The notes beneath the pieces were generated by a model. It saw only the letters and a list, made by a program, of their open reading frames with translations. It was not told where the DNA came from and searched no databases. DNA of 64,000 nucleotides from the human T2T-CHM13v2.0 reference genome, Homo sapiens, in assembly GCF_009914755.1 (NCBI RefSeq), contig NC_060930.1. The stretch is one strand, 5' to 3'. The position numbers and the translations under genes were made by a program. Positions within the stretch are counted from its first letter, which is position 1. Every line of letters starts with the position of its first letter. This document shows positions 30,718 through 44,313 of the stretch, piece after piece.

Positions 30718-33700
30718 ATTTAGAGTATAGAAAGGAGGACAACTGGCATTTAAGATGATATTTGCAATGCACTGAAAACAGAGACAAACACAGAGCAAGC
30801 ATTTAATATGTTACTTTTTCATCTTTTCCCCCATTATTTTTCAGGTTATGAAGTCAGTTCAGGAGAACTTAAAATATTCAGAGTACATTCATACTGTTAA
30901 ATACAATTACTTATTAGAATAGTTTTATATATTTGAATTTATACTGGAATCACAGGTTTTTTGTTAAAGATCTTCAGTATACATTAGTTAGTTAAAGTGT
31001 TTTAAGTCAGATTGTTGTAAATGTATAAGTTAACTGTAACAGGTATTTAATAGCAATATTATATAAAGGTGGCATATTTCGTTCATTGAATTTTCTTTGC
31101 AATTTACTGTTTTTGAAAATCCAAGTGTTTGAAGTAAATAGGGAATATAAACTTTGTCTTGTATCTGTTTTTATTTAATATTTAGAACTGTGGTATGGTG
31201 ATTAGTTTAGTTGAATATCTATTCAGTTAAATAAATCAAGTATAAATTCTTATGTGGTTAAATGTAATAGACCAAGTACATAAAATAATAATTATCCATA
31301 TCATAAATTCAGAAACTATGTCTTTTAATTTTTTATATTCTTCGTTCAACAAAACAAAAGTGTTTCAGTTCGTATAATGCAACTGGTGGTTAGATTAAAA
31401 TTTTCAAATTGAATCAAAGATCCATTTTTGACAGAACATTTGATCTGGTTTTTTCATTTAGATAGAAATTAATATGATTTCTGCCTATTTAAATTTCCTA
31501 TAAATTCATGTTACTATAAAGTATAAGACCAGGGGTTTAGAAATTTGAATCTAATTATTACCTTCTAGTTAAAAATCATTGCTATCCCAGCAATCATATA
31601 CATTTTTTCTCTTCCTATTTTTTCTTCCCACCTCTGCATTTCTCAATGTCTAGTATTGCTTCTATCCCTAAATACTTTGAGATAAATATTTTTTCATAGT
31701 ATGAAAAGCACCATTTAAAATGCCATACAAGTATAAAAGTGTAAAGAAAATAAATCTCTGCATTTGTACATTGTAATAAAAAAGAATAAACTCTTTTCCC
31801 TCAGGTGTTGCCCAAAATATTATTTCCTTTGTAACTTTAGATCCAAATATTACATGAGAAATACTTTTATGCTGGTAGAAGAAAACATAACTAGTCAAGA
31901 AATTAAAAACTTTTTGTATATATAAGCTGTATATGTATATATATATACACATATATAGTTTCCTTTGTTAAAATTACACATATATATGTAATTTTAACTA
32001 GCTCTGCAGGTGGTAAAATACACAACATCAGTCTTCTTCACAATATTAAATATAATTTTCCTGAGTGTGGGAATGAGATTATGGGTATAGCCTTCTCCAA
32101 TGCTGATGAAAACATTTGTTTGTGGGAAGAACATATATAAGAGAGGATGTGGTTGAGAGACAAACTTTTAATCATGTCTAGAGTTCTCCAGGTGAACCAA
32201 AAAGAACATTAATCTTGAATGTTGGTGTAGTCATAAGTCCTGGTTTGTCAAGCCCTAAGTCTTGTGACGAGCATTTGTTGTCACTAATGACTTCTTTCTT
32301 TTCATCTTTGCCCTTTGTAAAGGACGTGAAGAATCTCACCCTGTTTTTTTGTTTTTGTTTTTTTTAACAAGTATTGCCCATTATTTTTCTTATTGTTTTG
32401 AGGCTTGAGGTAGTTCCAACTCCACTTCTCAGATGCAGCTAAGATTTTGTGCTCACTCTTATGTTACTGGCACTGAATAAGAAGATATACTGAACATTTC
32501 TTAATTGTGAGTGAGTATCTAGACAGCTTCAGGAATGTGCAAACAGATTTTACATGGCATCATAAAGGTTATCAATGTTTACTTATAACAAGATATGTAT
32601 TTTTGGTTAAAGCAATTATAATTTACAATTAAAACAAAATAATAGGCAAATAGATAAAATTTATAAAAACGGAAACTGTCTGCATTGGAAAATAACAATA
32701 TATTCGAAGAGGTAATTGATATCCCACCTGACAGTCAATTGACACTCTCATTCTTCTGAGAGAATGCTTTCTGTCTCCCCAGGATTATCTTGCTCATGAA
32801 CATTACTGTTAGGACCAACTAGGTCAAATCCGTTCTTTCTCTTATAAAAGCACCTTCTTGGCAAAAAAAAAAAACCAAACAAACAAAAAACCCACACAAC
32901 AACAACAAAAATCCACCTCTCTCTGTGCAGATAAACTTCTTTTCTGCTTCCTTAAAGTGTCAGCATAATACCCTTTCTTTCCTAGTAGACCTTTTTTTCT
33001 ACTTGTCTAGCTCTTGCATTTCACAAAGTAGCCTCATGTTCCTAAGGCTAGGGTATCATTTTTGCCTATAAAGTGCACAAAATTAATATAACTTAAAAGA
33101 AACTAGATCTTTACAAAAATGGATATGTACTTACTGAATAGAAAATAATTTGAGCTGATCCTCAAAGGAAGAAAATACCGCTGGGGCATTTAAATTAATT
33201 AAGAAAATTTTGAAATAGAATTTAAAGTCTAAGGATTGATTTTATTGATCTTGGAAATGAAGGGTACCCTTCAGTAATCATATTTCTAAAATAAATGATT
33301 ATTTTGATAGATTAGATAACAATGTCAATCAATCATAGACAGGTAAATGGCTTTCCTCTCCCCCCAATAAACTGCCCAAGTATTTGATTACACTTTATTT
33401 TAAAAATGAATTTTTCATAGTTTTCTTTTTTTGTGTTATTGATAGTAATGATCTTTTTGAAAATGGACTCAACATTAATTTTTTATTTTGCATTTATAAT
33501 TTAAGACAACTTTTCTTTTTAGTTGCCTAATTTTTATATCTGAGATTTAAAGTCACATATTAACCAGAAATAGCAAAGTATGAAATAGAATGTAAAAGAA
33601 ATTTCGTAATAGGTTCTCACTTTCTGGAGGGTCGGGTGATGATATTTATTTCTTTTGTAGCTTCTATCACAAAACTGAATATTTACAGCTTAAATTTCTA

Positions 33701-35010
33701 TAATACTTCAAAAGCAGATTTCCATACAAATTCTTTAAAGTGCATTATTATTGGATCCAATTTATAGATGAGGAAACAAGATTCAGGGAGTATAGAAGAT
33801 ACTGTCAGTGCTCCAGCCATACTCTTTCTGCATTTATCATTTCTGTGCATGCTGGCTTGCTTTCAAACTGCCAGTAAATGTGACCTTTTGCTTTTCCAGT
33901 GCCACAATCAGAGGGCCCACAAAGTGTTTGATTTATCCTAATGGAATTCCACAAGATATTGCTTCACTAAGGGATGTACTTACAAGAATGGAGGTTCAAC
34001 AGCAGACAAATGACCTCAGGGCCATTAGCTCTACCTTTACATGCATGACCCAGAAGCTGCTGGCTTGATGAAGTGCTACCTATTTCTTTTGTGTGTGTTT
34101 TATTTATATATCCCAGTTGTGCATATTTTTGGGGTACTTGTGATATTTTTACTCATGTATACAATATGTAATGTCAAATCAGGGTAATTGGGATATCCAT
34201 CACCTCAAACATTCATTTTTTTAAAGGTATGTTGGGGACATTACAATTCTTTTCTTGCTGTTTTGAAATCTACAATAAATTATTGTTGACTAAAATTTCC
34301 CTAATGTAGTATCAAGTACTAGAACTTATTCCTTCTATCTAACCATTTTTGTACTGAGTAACCAGCTCCTAATTCCTCCCTCCCCCTCCTGCTTCCCTTC
34401 CCATCCTATGGTAACCAGCATTCTACTCTCTACCTCTAGGAGAACCATTTTTTTTTAGCTCCCACATATGAGTGAGAATATGTAATATCTGTCTTTCTGT
34501 GCCTGATTTATGTCACTTAACATAATGACCTAAATTCCATCCATGTGGCTCCAAAGGACAGGATTTCATACTTTTTTTATGGCCAAATAGTATTCCATTG
34601 TATATATGCCACATTTTCTTTATCCATTTATCCATTGATAGGTCCTTAGATTGGTCCCATATCTTGTCTATTGTGAATAGTGCTGGAATATACATTGGAG
34701 TAGAGATATCTCTTCCGTATATTGATTTCCTTTATGTTTTTGGATGTATACCCAGCAATGGGATTGTTGGATCATGTGTTAGTCCTATTTTTAGTTTTTT
34801 GAGGAGCCTCCATACCTTTTTCAGTAACAGCTGTACTACTTACATTCCCACCAACAGTGTATGAGTGTTGGTGGGAATATAACTGCATCTTTGTCAACAT
34901 TTGTTATTCTTTGTGTTTTTGATAAAAGCCAGTTTAACTGGGGTGAAATGATATGTCATTGTGGTTTTGATCTGCATATCTTTGATGATTAGTGCTGTTG
35001 AGCATTTTTC

Positions 35011-35690
<680 letters not shown>

Positions 35691-36149
35691 TGAGATATTT
35701 TTGCCCATGTTTTAATCAGATTATTTATTTGCTATTGAGATGTTTGAGTGCCTTATGTATTCTGGTTATTAATCCTTTGTCAGATGGATAGTTTAAAAAT
35801 ATTTTCTTCCATTCTGTGGATTGTCTCTTCACTTCGTTGTTTGTTTCCTTTGCTGTGCAGAAGCTGTTTAGCTTAATGCAATCCCATTTATCTATTTTCA
35901 CTTTTGTTGCCTATGCTTTTGAGGTCTTACCCAAAAAATATTTGCCCAGAGCAATGTCCAGTAGCAATTTCTTAACATTTTCTTTCGATAGTTTCATAGT
36001 TTCAGGTCTTACATTTAAGTCTTTAACCCATTTTTGCATTGATTTTTATATATGGTAATAGATGGGGATGCTAAAAAGCCAGCTTCTAGCTCTAGGGGAA
36101 GGGGCCTCTGCTTTCAAAAGATGTTATATTCTTTAAATTGATTGCCATT

Positions 36150-36543
36150 ATTATGATGCAGTGTCTCCTGATAGAAAAGGAACCAAAGAGTGGAAGTTGG
36201 CATGGCTCATCTCACTATCAGTCTAATTGACAAATTTGTGATTACTGTTCCCACAACTTTAAACCATGGATTAGAGGTCTTGGTTACTAAGAACAAAAAG
36301 TAAGGCTTCTACCAATGGACATGGTAAATGTTCCACTAAGCTTTGGCTATGGCTACCACCTGATCATTTTGTGCTTCTCACAATAGTGGCCAAGCAAGCA
36401 AAGAAAGAAGTTACCACATTGGCAGGATAATTGACCCTGGTTGTCAAGAGGAGCTAGGATTTCTGTTACAAATGAGGGCAAGAAAGAGTATGGATAGAGC
36501 TTAGAGTATTCAGTGAGATGCTTTTAGTTCTCCCATGCCTGAT
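36150..36543 (+). mobile_element. ERVL-type internal region (integrase end / dUTPase relic), left of the HERV-E insertion
   Basis: ctaccacctgatcatttt...ggcaggataattgaccctggttgtcaagaggagctagg resembles ERVL dUTPase (LPPGHFG...GVIDPDYQGEI); continues at 43462. Confidence 0.6.
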
Positions 36544-36908
36544 TGTAGCAGGGCGAGCCACAGACAAAACTCCTCAGACACCGAGTTAAAAAAGGAAGAG
36601 GCTTTCTTTGGCCAGGAGTGTCAGCAGACTTGTGTCTCAAGAACTGAGGTCTCCAAAGAAAGAATTCCTGTCCCTTTTAAGGGCTTACGACTCTAAGGGA
36701 TCCACGTGAAAGGGTTGTGACAGATTGAGATCTATAGATAGCACATGTGGTTAGAGTCGGGGGTTAATCTTTTAACCTCAGGCCTGGTTGGTGGTGCCGG
36801 TTGGTCATTTCAGGAATGAAAACAACTTCATTCCTGTTGTTTTTCAGCTTTTAATTCCTCCTTCTCTTCAGAGACAGGAGACAGTAAGAGAAATGGCCTC
36901 GCTCCTCA
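36544..36908 (-). repeat. HERV-E 3' LTR
   Basis: Direct repeat of 43102-43461; follows the PPT aaagaggggaa; ends ...cctgctaca. Confidence 0.95.
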
Positions 36909-36929
36909 TTCCCCTCTTTGAGAATCTCA

Positions 36930-37470
36930 CTCGCTAGTGCTAGTTCTCACTCTCATCTTCACTACACAGTCCTAATTCATGACAAACATACTTATTTTAT
37001 GCTATATAGCCCTTTCCCAATCTAGAGAGCTGCATCTTATTTATTTCCATACAGGTCACTGTTGATTGCTGCACAGGCATCAAATTTTAAGATAATTTGT
37101 TTGGGGACTCCTTTTTCTTCTGTTCTAGTTATTACTTTACTCACATCAGCATTTCCCCGGTTGCCAGTCCTCAATCTTATTTCAAAAACTGTACTCATGG
37201 GGGCTCAGATGGGTTATAGCACACATCAGGCTGGTCGCTTCCTGGCCTGCATACCTTATACTGGGTGGCATTATACAAACAAGTCCCTTTTAGAGTTCTA
37301 GTATGTTCATAATAACTATAAAACAGAAAGACTGTTTTAACTTTTTGCCCTACCTCAGTAACTTGATGTATACACTGGGAATAGTCCTCAGTCTGAGGAA
37401 GGTCAGTTGAAGTCCTTACTGTACAAATCCAAAATTTAAGGAAAATAAGTCCCACGATGAGTTTCCTCAT
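36930..37470 (-). pseudogene. env: HERV-E env relic (signal peptide and N-terminal SU only)
   Basis: MRKLIVGLIFLKFW...CLYNATQYKVC...DVCYNPSEPP; joined near 36965 to the extreme 3' end of env. Confidence 0.85.
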
Positions 37471-37492
37471 GCTTTGGCTGTGTGTGGACCAG

Positions 37493-40400
37493 TCAGCTTC
37501 TGGGTGTGACGAGAGTAGGGCTTGTCGTCTTCTTCAAAGTCACTTTGCAGGGGTTGTCCAGGCTTGGTCTCACCTCCCAGGTCTCAGGTGCTGCAGGTTT
37601 TATGCGGCTGTGGTGGATCCAGGCTGGGATTCCCTCTACCTTTACAGCTGTGGGAGTGGTCAAGACAACAGTCTGGGGTCCTTTCCACCACGGCCGCAAG
37701 GGGGCTACGTTCCAATCTTTGATCCACACCCGTTCACCTGGGGAGAAAGGGTGAACTGGGGAGAATAAGCTGATGGGACACCTCTCATTTACCCAGGCTG
37801 AAATTGTTTGTGTAATTTTCCCTAAAGCCTGTATCTGTCGCTGTAACTCAATTTCACCTAGCTCTTGAGAAGTGCCTGGGAGTCCTCGTGGTATGGGAGG
37901 GGGCCTATGATATAATATTTCATAAAGGGAATATCCTGTCCTTTTAGAAGGGGTACATCTAATCTTAATACCATAGGGAGAGCTTGTACCCACTTTAATC
38001 CTGTTTCTTGACACACTTTCCCTAAACTATTTTTGATAGTCCGATTCATCCACTCTTCTTTTCCAGAACTCTGTGGTCAGTAAGCGGTATTTATTTTCCA
38101 TGTGAGCCCCAATACCTTTGCTGTCTTCTGTACCAAATCAGCCACAAATGCCAGCCTGTCATCTGAGCTGATTTGTAAGATCAGTCCAAACCTAGGGATG
38201 AGATCTCGGAGAAGCACACGGGTTACTTCATGAGCTTTCTCAGTTCGTAAAGGATAGGCCTTCACCTACCCAGATTATGTACACACTAGAACTGGCAAAT
38301 ACTTGTTAACTCCATATTTGGGCATCTCAGTGAAGTCTACTTGGAGATCTTCAAAGGGGGCTGCCCCATAAGCTTGTATGCCGGGCAAGACGGTTGGACC
38401 TTACCTAGTATTGTGCTGCCAGCAGGTGACACACTGCTGCGCCACTGTTTCGGCAAGGGCTGACAGATGCGAGATGTAGAAGTACTGGTTTAACAACTTT
38501 TCAAATGACTCTTGGCCTAGATAGGTGGTCTCATGCACAGCCAATACGACTGCGGTGCCCAGCAGTTGTGACACGGCTATTCTTCCATCTGATAACCGGA
38601 TCCATCCCTCTTCTATCACCTGGCCCTCCCTCTGCCTGGAGAAAGTCCTTCTCTTCTTTAGAATAAGTAGGTACAAGGTCAGGTGCCTGAGGGAGCAGGG
38701 GTCAGTGACTGATGCCCGGTAGGGGGTGGATGCTGCTTTTGAGCCTCTGAGTCAGCTCGGGAGTTCCCCAAGGCAATCGAGGTGGAAGCTCGCTGGTGTT
38801 CTCTGCAGTGCGTGACTGCCACCTTTTGGGGGCTTCCACACTGCCTCTAACAATTGCAGGATCTCTCAATGATGTTTTATCTCTTTTCCCCCAGAGTTCA
38901 ACAGGCCTTTTTCTTTATATAACACCCCATGCACTTGGAGGGTTAAGAAGGCATACCAAGAGTCAGGGTAAATGTTTACAGTCTTACCTTCATTTAGCTC
39001 TAAGGCCCAAATTAAAGCAATGAGTTCAGCCTTCTGGGCTGAAGTACCCTGGGGCAATGATTTGACTTCAGTGACAGTGTCCAGGGTTACCACTGCATAT
39101 CCTGCACACGTCTCTTCTTGTGGGTTGACCAAGCTGCTCCTGTCCACATACAGCTCCCAGTCTACTGATGTCCAAGGATGGTCTCAGAGGTTGGGCCTGC
39201 TAGAATAAACTGAGTCCAACACCTCTACACAGTTATGTTCAACTGGGCTCTCTAATACCGCGAGTAAGGTGGCAGGGTTCAAGGTGTTGCAAACATCAAT
39301 GGTTATGCAGGGATTTTCACAGAGCAAGCTTTGGTACCTAGTTAGTCTAGCATTCGTTAGCCAATGATGTCCTTTGGTATTCATTAAAGTCACCACAGCA
39401 TGGGGGGCCTTTATGTTCAGATTTTGCCCAAGAGTCAGCTTATCTGCTTCTTATGCTAACAGGGCAGTTTCTGCCAAGGCCCTCAAATATGGGGGCCAAC
39501 CTTTAGAAACCCCATCTAGTTGTTTAGAGAGGTAGGCCACCGACCTTGACCAGGGCCCCGTGTTCTGGGTCAAAACTCCAACTGCCATCTTTTCTCTCTC
39601 TGACACATATAGTGTAAATGGCTTTGTCAGGTCAGGCAGCCCCAGGGCTGGGGCCGACATGAGTTTCTCTTTTAACTCATGAAAAGCTCATTGCTGTTGG
39701 GACCCCCATTCCAAATGTTCCTTGTCACCCCCCTTTGTGACTCCATACAGGGGCTTGGCTAGTACTGCAAAGTTTAGGATCCATAACCTGCAGAACCCCA
39801 CAGCTCCTAAGAATTCTCTCACCTGCCTTTTGGTCTTAGGCTCTGATAGGTTGCAAATGACCTGCTTTCTTTCTGATCCCAAGTTGTGCTCCGCCTGTTG
39901 GATAGTAAATCCCAGGTAACATACTTGCTGTCTGCAGATCTGAGCTTTCTTCTTGGACACCTTTTACCAACATTCCTCCAGGTGGTGGAGCAGGGTATCC
40001 GTTCCCTTGGTGCACCCGACTGCTGTGGGGTGTCCCAGCAGGAGGTTGTCAATGTACTGGAGCAACATGCAACCTAGGTCTCTGGTGGGAAACTTTTGGA
40101 GGTCTCGAGCCAGTGCTTCCCTGAAGATAGTGGGGGGAGTTCTTGAACCCTTGGGAAAGCTGGGTCCAAGTGTACTGAGTAGTGACATCTGACCCCGGAT
40201 CCTCCCACTGAAAGGCAAACAGTTTCTGGCTCTCAGGGGCTAGTGTGATGCTAAAGAAAGCATCCCTGAAGGATGAACCAGGTGAACCAGTCAGGTGAAC
40301 CAGCTATCCTCAGCTGTAGCTTGGTTGAACAAGCGCAAATCCTGTACTGGCCTGTAGTCCTTGGCTTGGGAACAGGCAGGAGGGGAGTGTTCCATGGAGA

Positions 40401-41032
40401 CTGACAAGGGACTATAATTCCAAAGGACCTCAGCTGCTTGAGATGGACCTGGATACCTTCAAGAGTTTCTCTGGGGACCAGGCACTGTTTTTGTCTGTCT
40501 GGCTGGGCCCCAGGCTTAACTTCTATGAGTGCGGGGGCCTGGTAGATTGCCAACCCTGGAGGATTGTCTTCTGCCCACACCTTTGGCCACCGCTTAGTCA
40601 GAGCTGATCCTATCTCTTGGCCTGGCCCAGTTAAGAAGAGTCCCCATTCCTCCTCCTGAGGAACCATAAGGGCCATGATGACTCCCGTTCCAAGTAGCTT
40701 TAGCTGTAAAGAGCTGTGCTTTGTAAAAGAGATGGTGGCTGTCAGCTTGCTAAGTAGGTCCCTTCCTAGCAAAGGCAAGGGGCAGTCAGGCATGTACAGG
40801 AACTGGTGAATCACTTCATGTCCCCCCACAGTGCAGGTCCAGGGCAAACAGAAAGCTTGCTTTGCTGAAACCCCTGTGGCTCTGATTATATCTATTGTCT
40901 TTTTGGATAAGGGGGTGACTGGGGTGGTTACTACTGAATGTTCAGCACCAGTATTGACAAGAAACTCAATGTCCTTGCCCCCAACTGTCATCCTGACCAT
41001 GGGCTCTTGGGGACACATGAGCCTGGTCTCCC
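37493..41032 (-). pseudogene. pol: HERV-E pro-pol relic (protease, RT, RNase H, integrase)
   Basis: FLVNTGAEHSV (protease), SPWNTPLLPV and [10 protein letters not shown] (RT), TSAQKAELIAL (RNase H), IPRFG and WKGPQTV...WIHHSRIK (integrase); many frameshifts. Confidence 0.93.
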
Positions 41033-42623
41033 TCAGTCCAGTAACCCTTCTGCCAGATTGAACAAGGCCCCTTCGTCCTTCTCTGAGGCCTCCTGCTCAG
41101 AGTTGCCTTGTTTCCCTTTCAACTGGGGGCACTTGTCCTTCCAATGTCCTATTTCCTTACAGTAAGCACACTGCTTACACTGCAAGCGTGGACAGCCAGA
41201 CTGGGTATGTTTCCTGGGGCCCCCCTTCTCTCACCCCTCAGGGGGACCGCTCTCATAGCTGCAGCTAGCAGGTCGGCATTTCACCAGGCTTGGCATTCAC
41301 TCTCTCTGCAATTCTCTCTGTGGCTTACTGCATCTCTATTCACAAACACCTTGTTGGCTATCTCCAATAACTGTGAAGTATTCATGCCTGCAAACCCAGC
41401 CTGTTTCTGCAATTTTCTTCTAATGTCTTCTGCACTTTGACTAACTAAAGCCATGTTAATCATGTGCTGATTTTCAGGGCTATCAGGATCAAAGGTAGTA
41501 TACATACGATAGGCCTCACATAGTCTCTCGTAGAATTGTGCTGGGCTCTCATCTTTCCCTTGAATGACCTCAGAGACTTTGTTAACATTTGTGGACTTCT
41601 GAGCTCCCTTCTTTAACCCTTCCAGAAGGGCTTCCCTGTACCGGTTTAGCCTTTGCATACCCTGTCTTCATTTGGGTCCCACAGGGAGTCTGTTCCTGGT
41701 AATTGTATCCTCACATACTCTTGTGGGTTTTGGTAATCAGCTGGAACATTTTCTTCCAAGTTGCTGCTTGGAGCACTCTCCTCCTTTCATCTGTGTTAAA
41801 GAGGTACATGAACAACTGGTGGCAATCAGTCCAGTTGGGGTTATGGGTCTGGATAATAGTTTGGAGCAAATCAATTATAGCTTGAGGCTTTTTGGTATAG
41901 GATGGGGTATTGTTTTTCCAAATGAGGAGATTGGCAGAGGTGACGGGTTGGTACACAAAGGCACACCTTTCTACCATGTGCCCGTCCTCATCTATCCCAG
42001 TATACCATTGCTCTCTTAAGGGCATTTGTATCCCAGTTCTAGGCCTCAAACAGGCTGCCAAGGGAAGGGTTTCTCCCAAGGTCTCAGATCCTTCCTTTTC
42101 TACTCTGGGTGGCCTAGGGGTATGTAGGCCTTGTGGAAGCTCGGGCGCAGTGGGCTCAGGAGTGGGAGGCCTTCCTCCCTGGTGAAAGGGTGGGGGGCAC
42201 TGGTGCCATTTCTTGCCATGAATCCTGTGATGTTGGGTCTGACAGGACTTTAGGAGCCAATCCCCCTCGGCAGGTGGAGCGGGATTCTTCCTTGGCTGTC
42301 TGTCCCTTTGCCACTAGTACTACTGCTGCCTGTCCTATTAACTACTGTGGGGGGTCTAAAACCATCTGAAACCAAGTGTCTATGTATGGAAACTGGTCTG
42401 GGTGTCCTGGCTCACCAGTTACCTTGTGCCATACCTTTGAAACAATGGACCTTTCTAGGCTTCCTACTGATGGCCAACCCACTTCTAATGTTGGCCAGTC
42501 TATCCCACACAAAGTTCTAAGTTTACTTGGTGTCATAGTAACTCCATAGTCTCCATTAAATCCTTTCTTGAATTTTTTCAACATAGTTCCTAGCAGAGTT
42601 GGCTTACTTTGTGTTCCACCCAT
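41033..42623 (-). pseudogene. gag: HERV-E gag relic
   Basis: MGGTQSKPT...GHPDQFPYID (matrix); VIQGKDESPAQFYERLCEAYR (capsid MHR); degraded zinc knuckle near 41130-41170; TGA at 41035-41033. Confidence 0.92.
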
Positions 42624-43078
42624 CTTCCTCCCAAGACAAAACAAAACTCACACCACAAGAAGGAAAGGGTAAAGGGGTCACTCACTCACCTTGCCCCTCT
42701 CAAACTCAAGCACTCACTTTCACTTTTCTTTTTGCAAACAAGTCAAGCCAAATCAAAATCAATACTGAGACCAAAGTGCCAATAAGGGCACACTGTGGAT
42801 GATCAGGCCATGCTTCCACTCAAATGGAGTGGGCAAGTTCCAAAGACCGGTCCTACAGTACCAGATGTCCAGATTCCAAGCGCCAGTTCCTTCCCGGTGT
42901 TCAGCTGCTGTGTTGATCCTCTGTGGGGGCCTGCCATGCACAGCTCTGATGAGGCGTTCTACCAGGGCAAATGCCTACCTGGGAGTCAGGCTCTGTGTCG
43001 TTCAAGCTGGCCAGATGCTCCACAGGGCAGGGCTAAGCCGCCTAAGGGGCTGCCTTAACCGTCTGTTAATCACCTCAA

Positions 43079-43096
43079 TTCCCAGTCAGGGAACCA
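43079..43096 (-). promoter_or_regulatory. Primer binding site, tRNA-Glu
   Basis: TGGTTCCCTGACTGGGAA, 17/18 complementary to the tRNA-Glu 3' end (...TTCCCGGTCAGGGAACCA); 5 nt after the 5' LTR. Confidence 0.92.
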
Positions 43097-43101
43097 AGAA
43101 A

Positions 43102-43461
43102 TGGAGCATGATGAGCCACAGACAAAACCCCTCAGACACCGGGTTAAAGAAGGAAGAGGCTTTATTTGGCTGGTAGCGTCGTCAGACTTGCGTCTCAAGA
43201 ACTTAGCTATCCGAAGAAAGAGTTCCTGGCCCTTTTAAGGGCTTACAACACTAAAGGGTCCACGTGAAAGGGTTGTGATAGATTGAGATCTATAGATAGC
43301 ACATGAGGTTAGAGTTGGGGTGGGGTTAATCTTTTAACCTCATGCCTGGTCAGTGGCGTTGGTGGGTCTTGCCGCTGACTTCATTCCTGTTGTTTTTCAG
43401 CTTTTAATTCCTCCTTCTCTTCAGTGACAGGAGACAGTAAGAGAAATGGCCTTTCTCCTCA
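43102..43461 (-). repeat. HERV-E 5' LTR (LTR2-family promoter)
   Basis: Minus strand TG...CA with TATA-like cttaaaa and AATAAA; adjacent to the PBS. Confidence 0.95.
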
Positions 43462-44313
43462 TGACGATAACTGAATGGGCACTGCAGCAGCCACATCTGA
43501 CAAGAGTACAGTAACTAGGCGCTCAGACCCTTCAAGGATGAGAGTCTGAGTCACCCTACCAGGATAGCAACCTAGAGAAGCTGAATCACTAGTTGAGGAT
43601 TCTTTTGCAAAAAAGCTAGCACGGGGATGATAAAAGGAGACAGTGCATACCAGTTATGGCTTCAGGATCAACTGAAACTGTAAGTGCTGTAGTTTATTCC
43701 ACCAATATTCCTAATATAATTTTACAAAAGAAATTGTGAATCAGTGATGGGATTGAATGACCTTCATACAAGTTATGAGTAAATCTGAGTTGCGCAAGGG
43801 GAGGAAGTAGCAAGACATGCAAGTGCCCTACCTGTGGAATCGGTGTATTTACTATTTTCCTGTATCTTGACACCTCTTCCGACTGATAGGACTTGTGACT
43901 CTGAGTGCTCACTCTGATCAACAGATCCTTCTCTGTCTGTTCTAAAGGCAGGCTAGAATTAATCTCCACCCTCCACCATGCACACACACACAAACACACA
44001 CACAGACACACACACACACACATGCTCTCAACCAACACTTGATAGGGGTTGCTATGTAAATACATAGCTTCCTCATCTTGGAGTGGAATAACTTGGTGAC
44101 GTATCTTCTATACCATATCCCAAGTTCTCTAGCAAAATCAATCTCCAGTTGCCCATGGTGATAATTCATAATACATTTATTATTAACTTTTTTCCTTTTT
44201 CTGTTCCATTTTTCTATTGAAATACTGGTGTTCTTGGAATCACCTTCCAAGTCAACTACTTATACTGAAATATTTGAATTAGAATTTGTTTCTGGGGAAC
44301 CCACACTAAGACA
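43462..44313 (+). mobile_element. ERVL internal 3' end plus its LTR (about 43805-44313)
   Basis: tcagacccttcaaggatgagagtctgagtcacc ERVL-like; purine tract near 43797; LTR end tctggggaacccacactaagaca. Confidence 0.6.
43981..44022. repeat. Interrupted (CA)n microsatellite
   Basis: cacacacacacaaacacacacacagacacacacacacacaca. Confidence 0.92.

Larger units (their letters stand above)
36544..43461 (-). mobile_element. HERV-E provirus (LTR2-family LTRs), defective, 6.9 kb
   Basis: Two ~360-bp LTRs, tRNA-Glu PBS, gag-pro-pol-env relics, PPT at 36909-36919; 4-bp flanks TGAT/TGAC. Confidence 0.93.

Noticed and set aside
33135-33180. Minus-strand exon-like segment ending TCA|gtaagt
   Set aside because: Weak acceptor context, 46 nt, no recognisable peptide.
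33258-33273. Perfect 16-bp palindrome TGAAGGGTACCCTTCA
   Set aside because: About one is expected by chance in 64 kb (64000/4^8).
43079-43096. tRNA-Glu-like sequence
   Set aside because: It is the retroviral PBS, not a tRNA gene.
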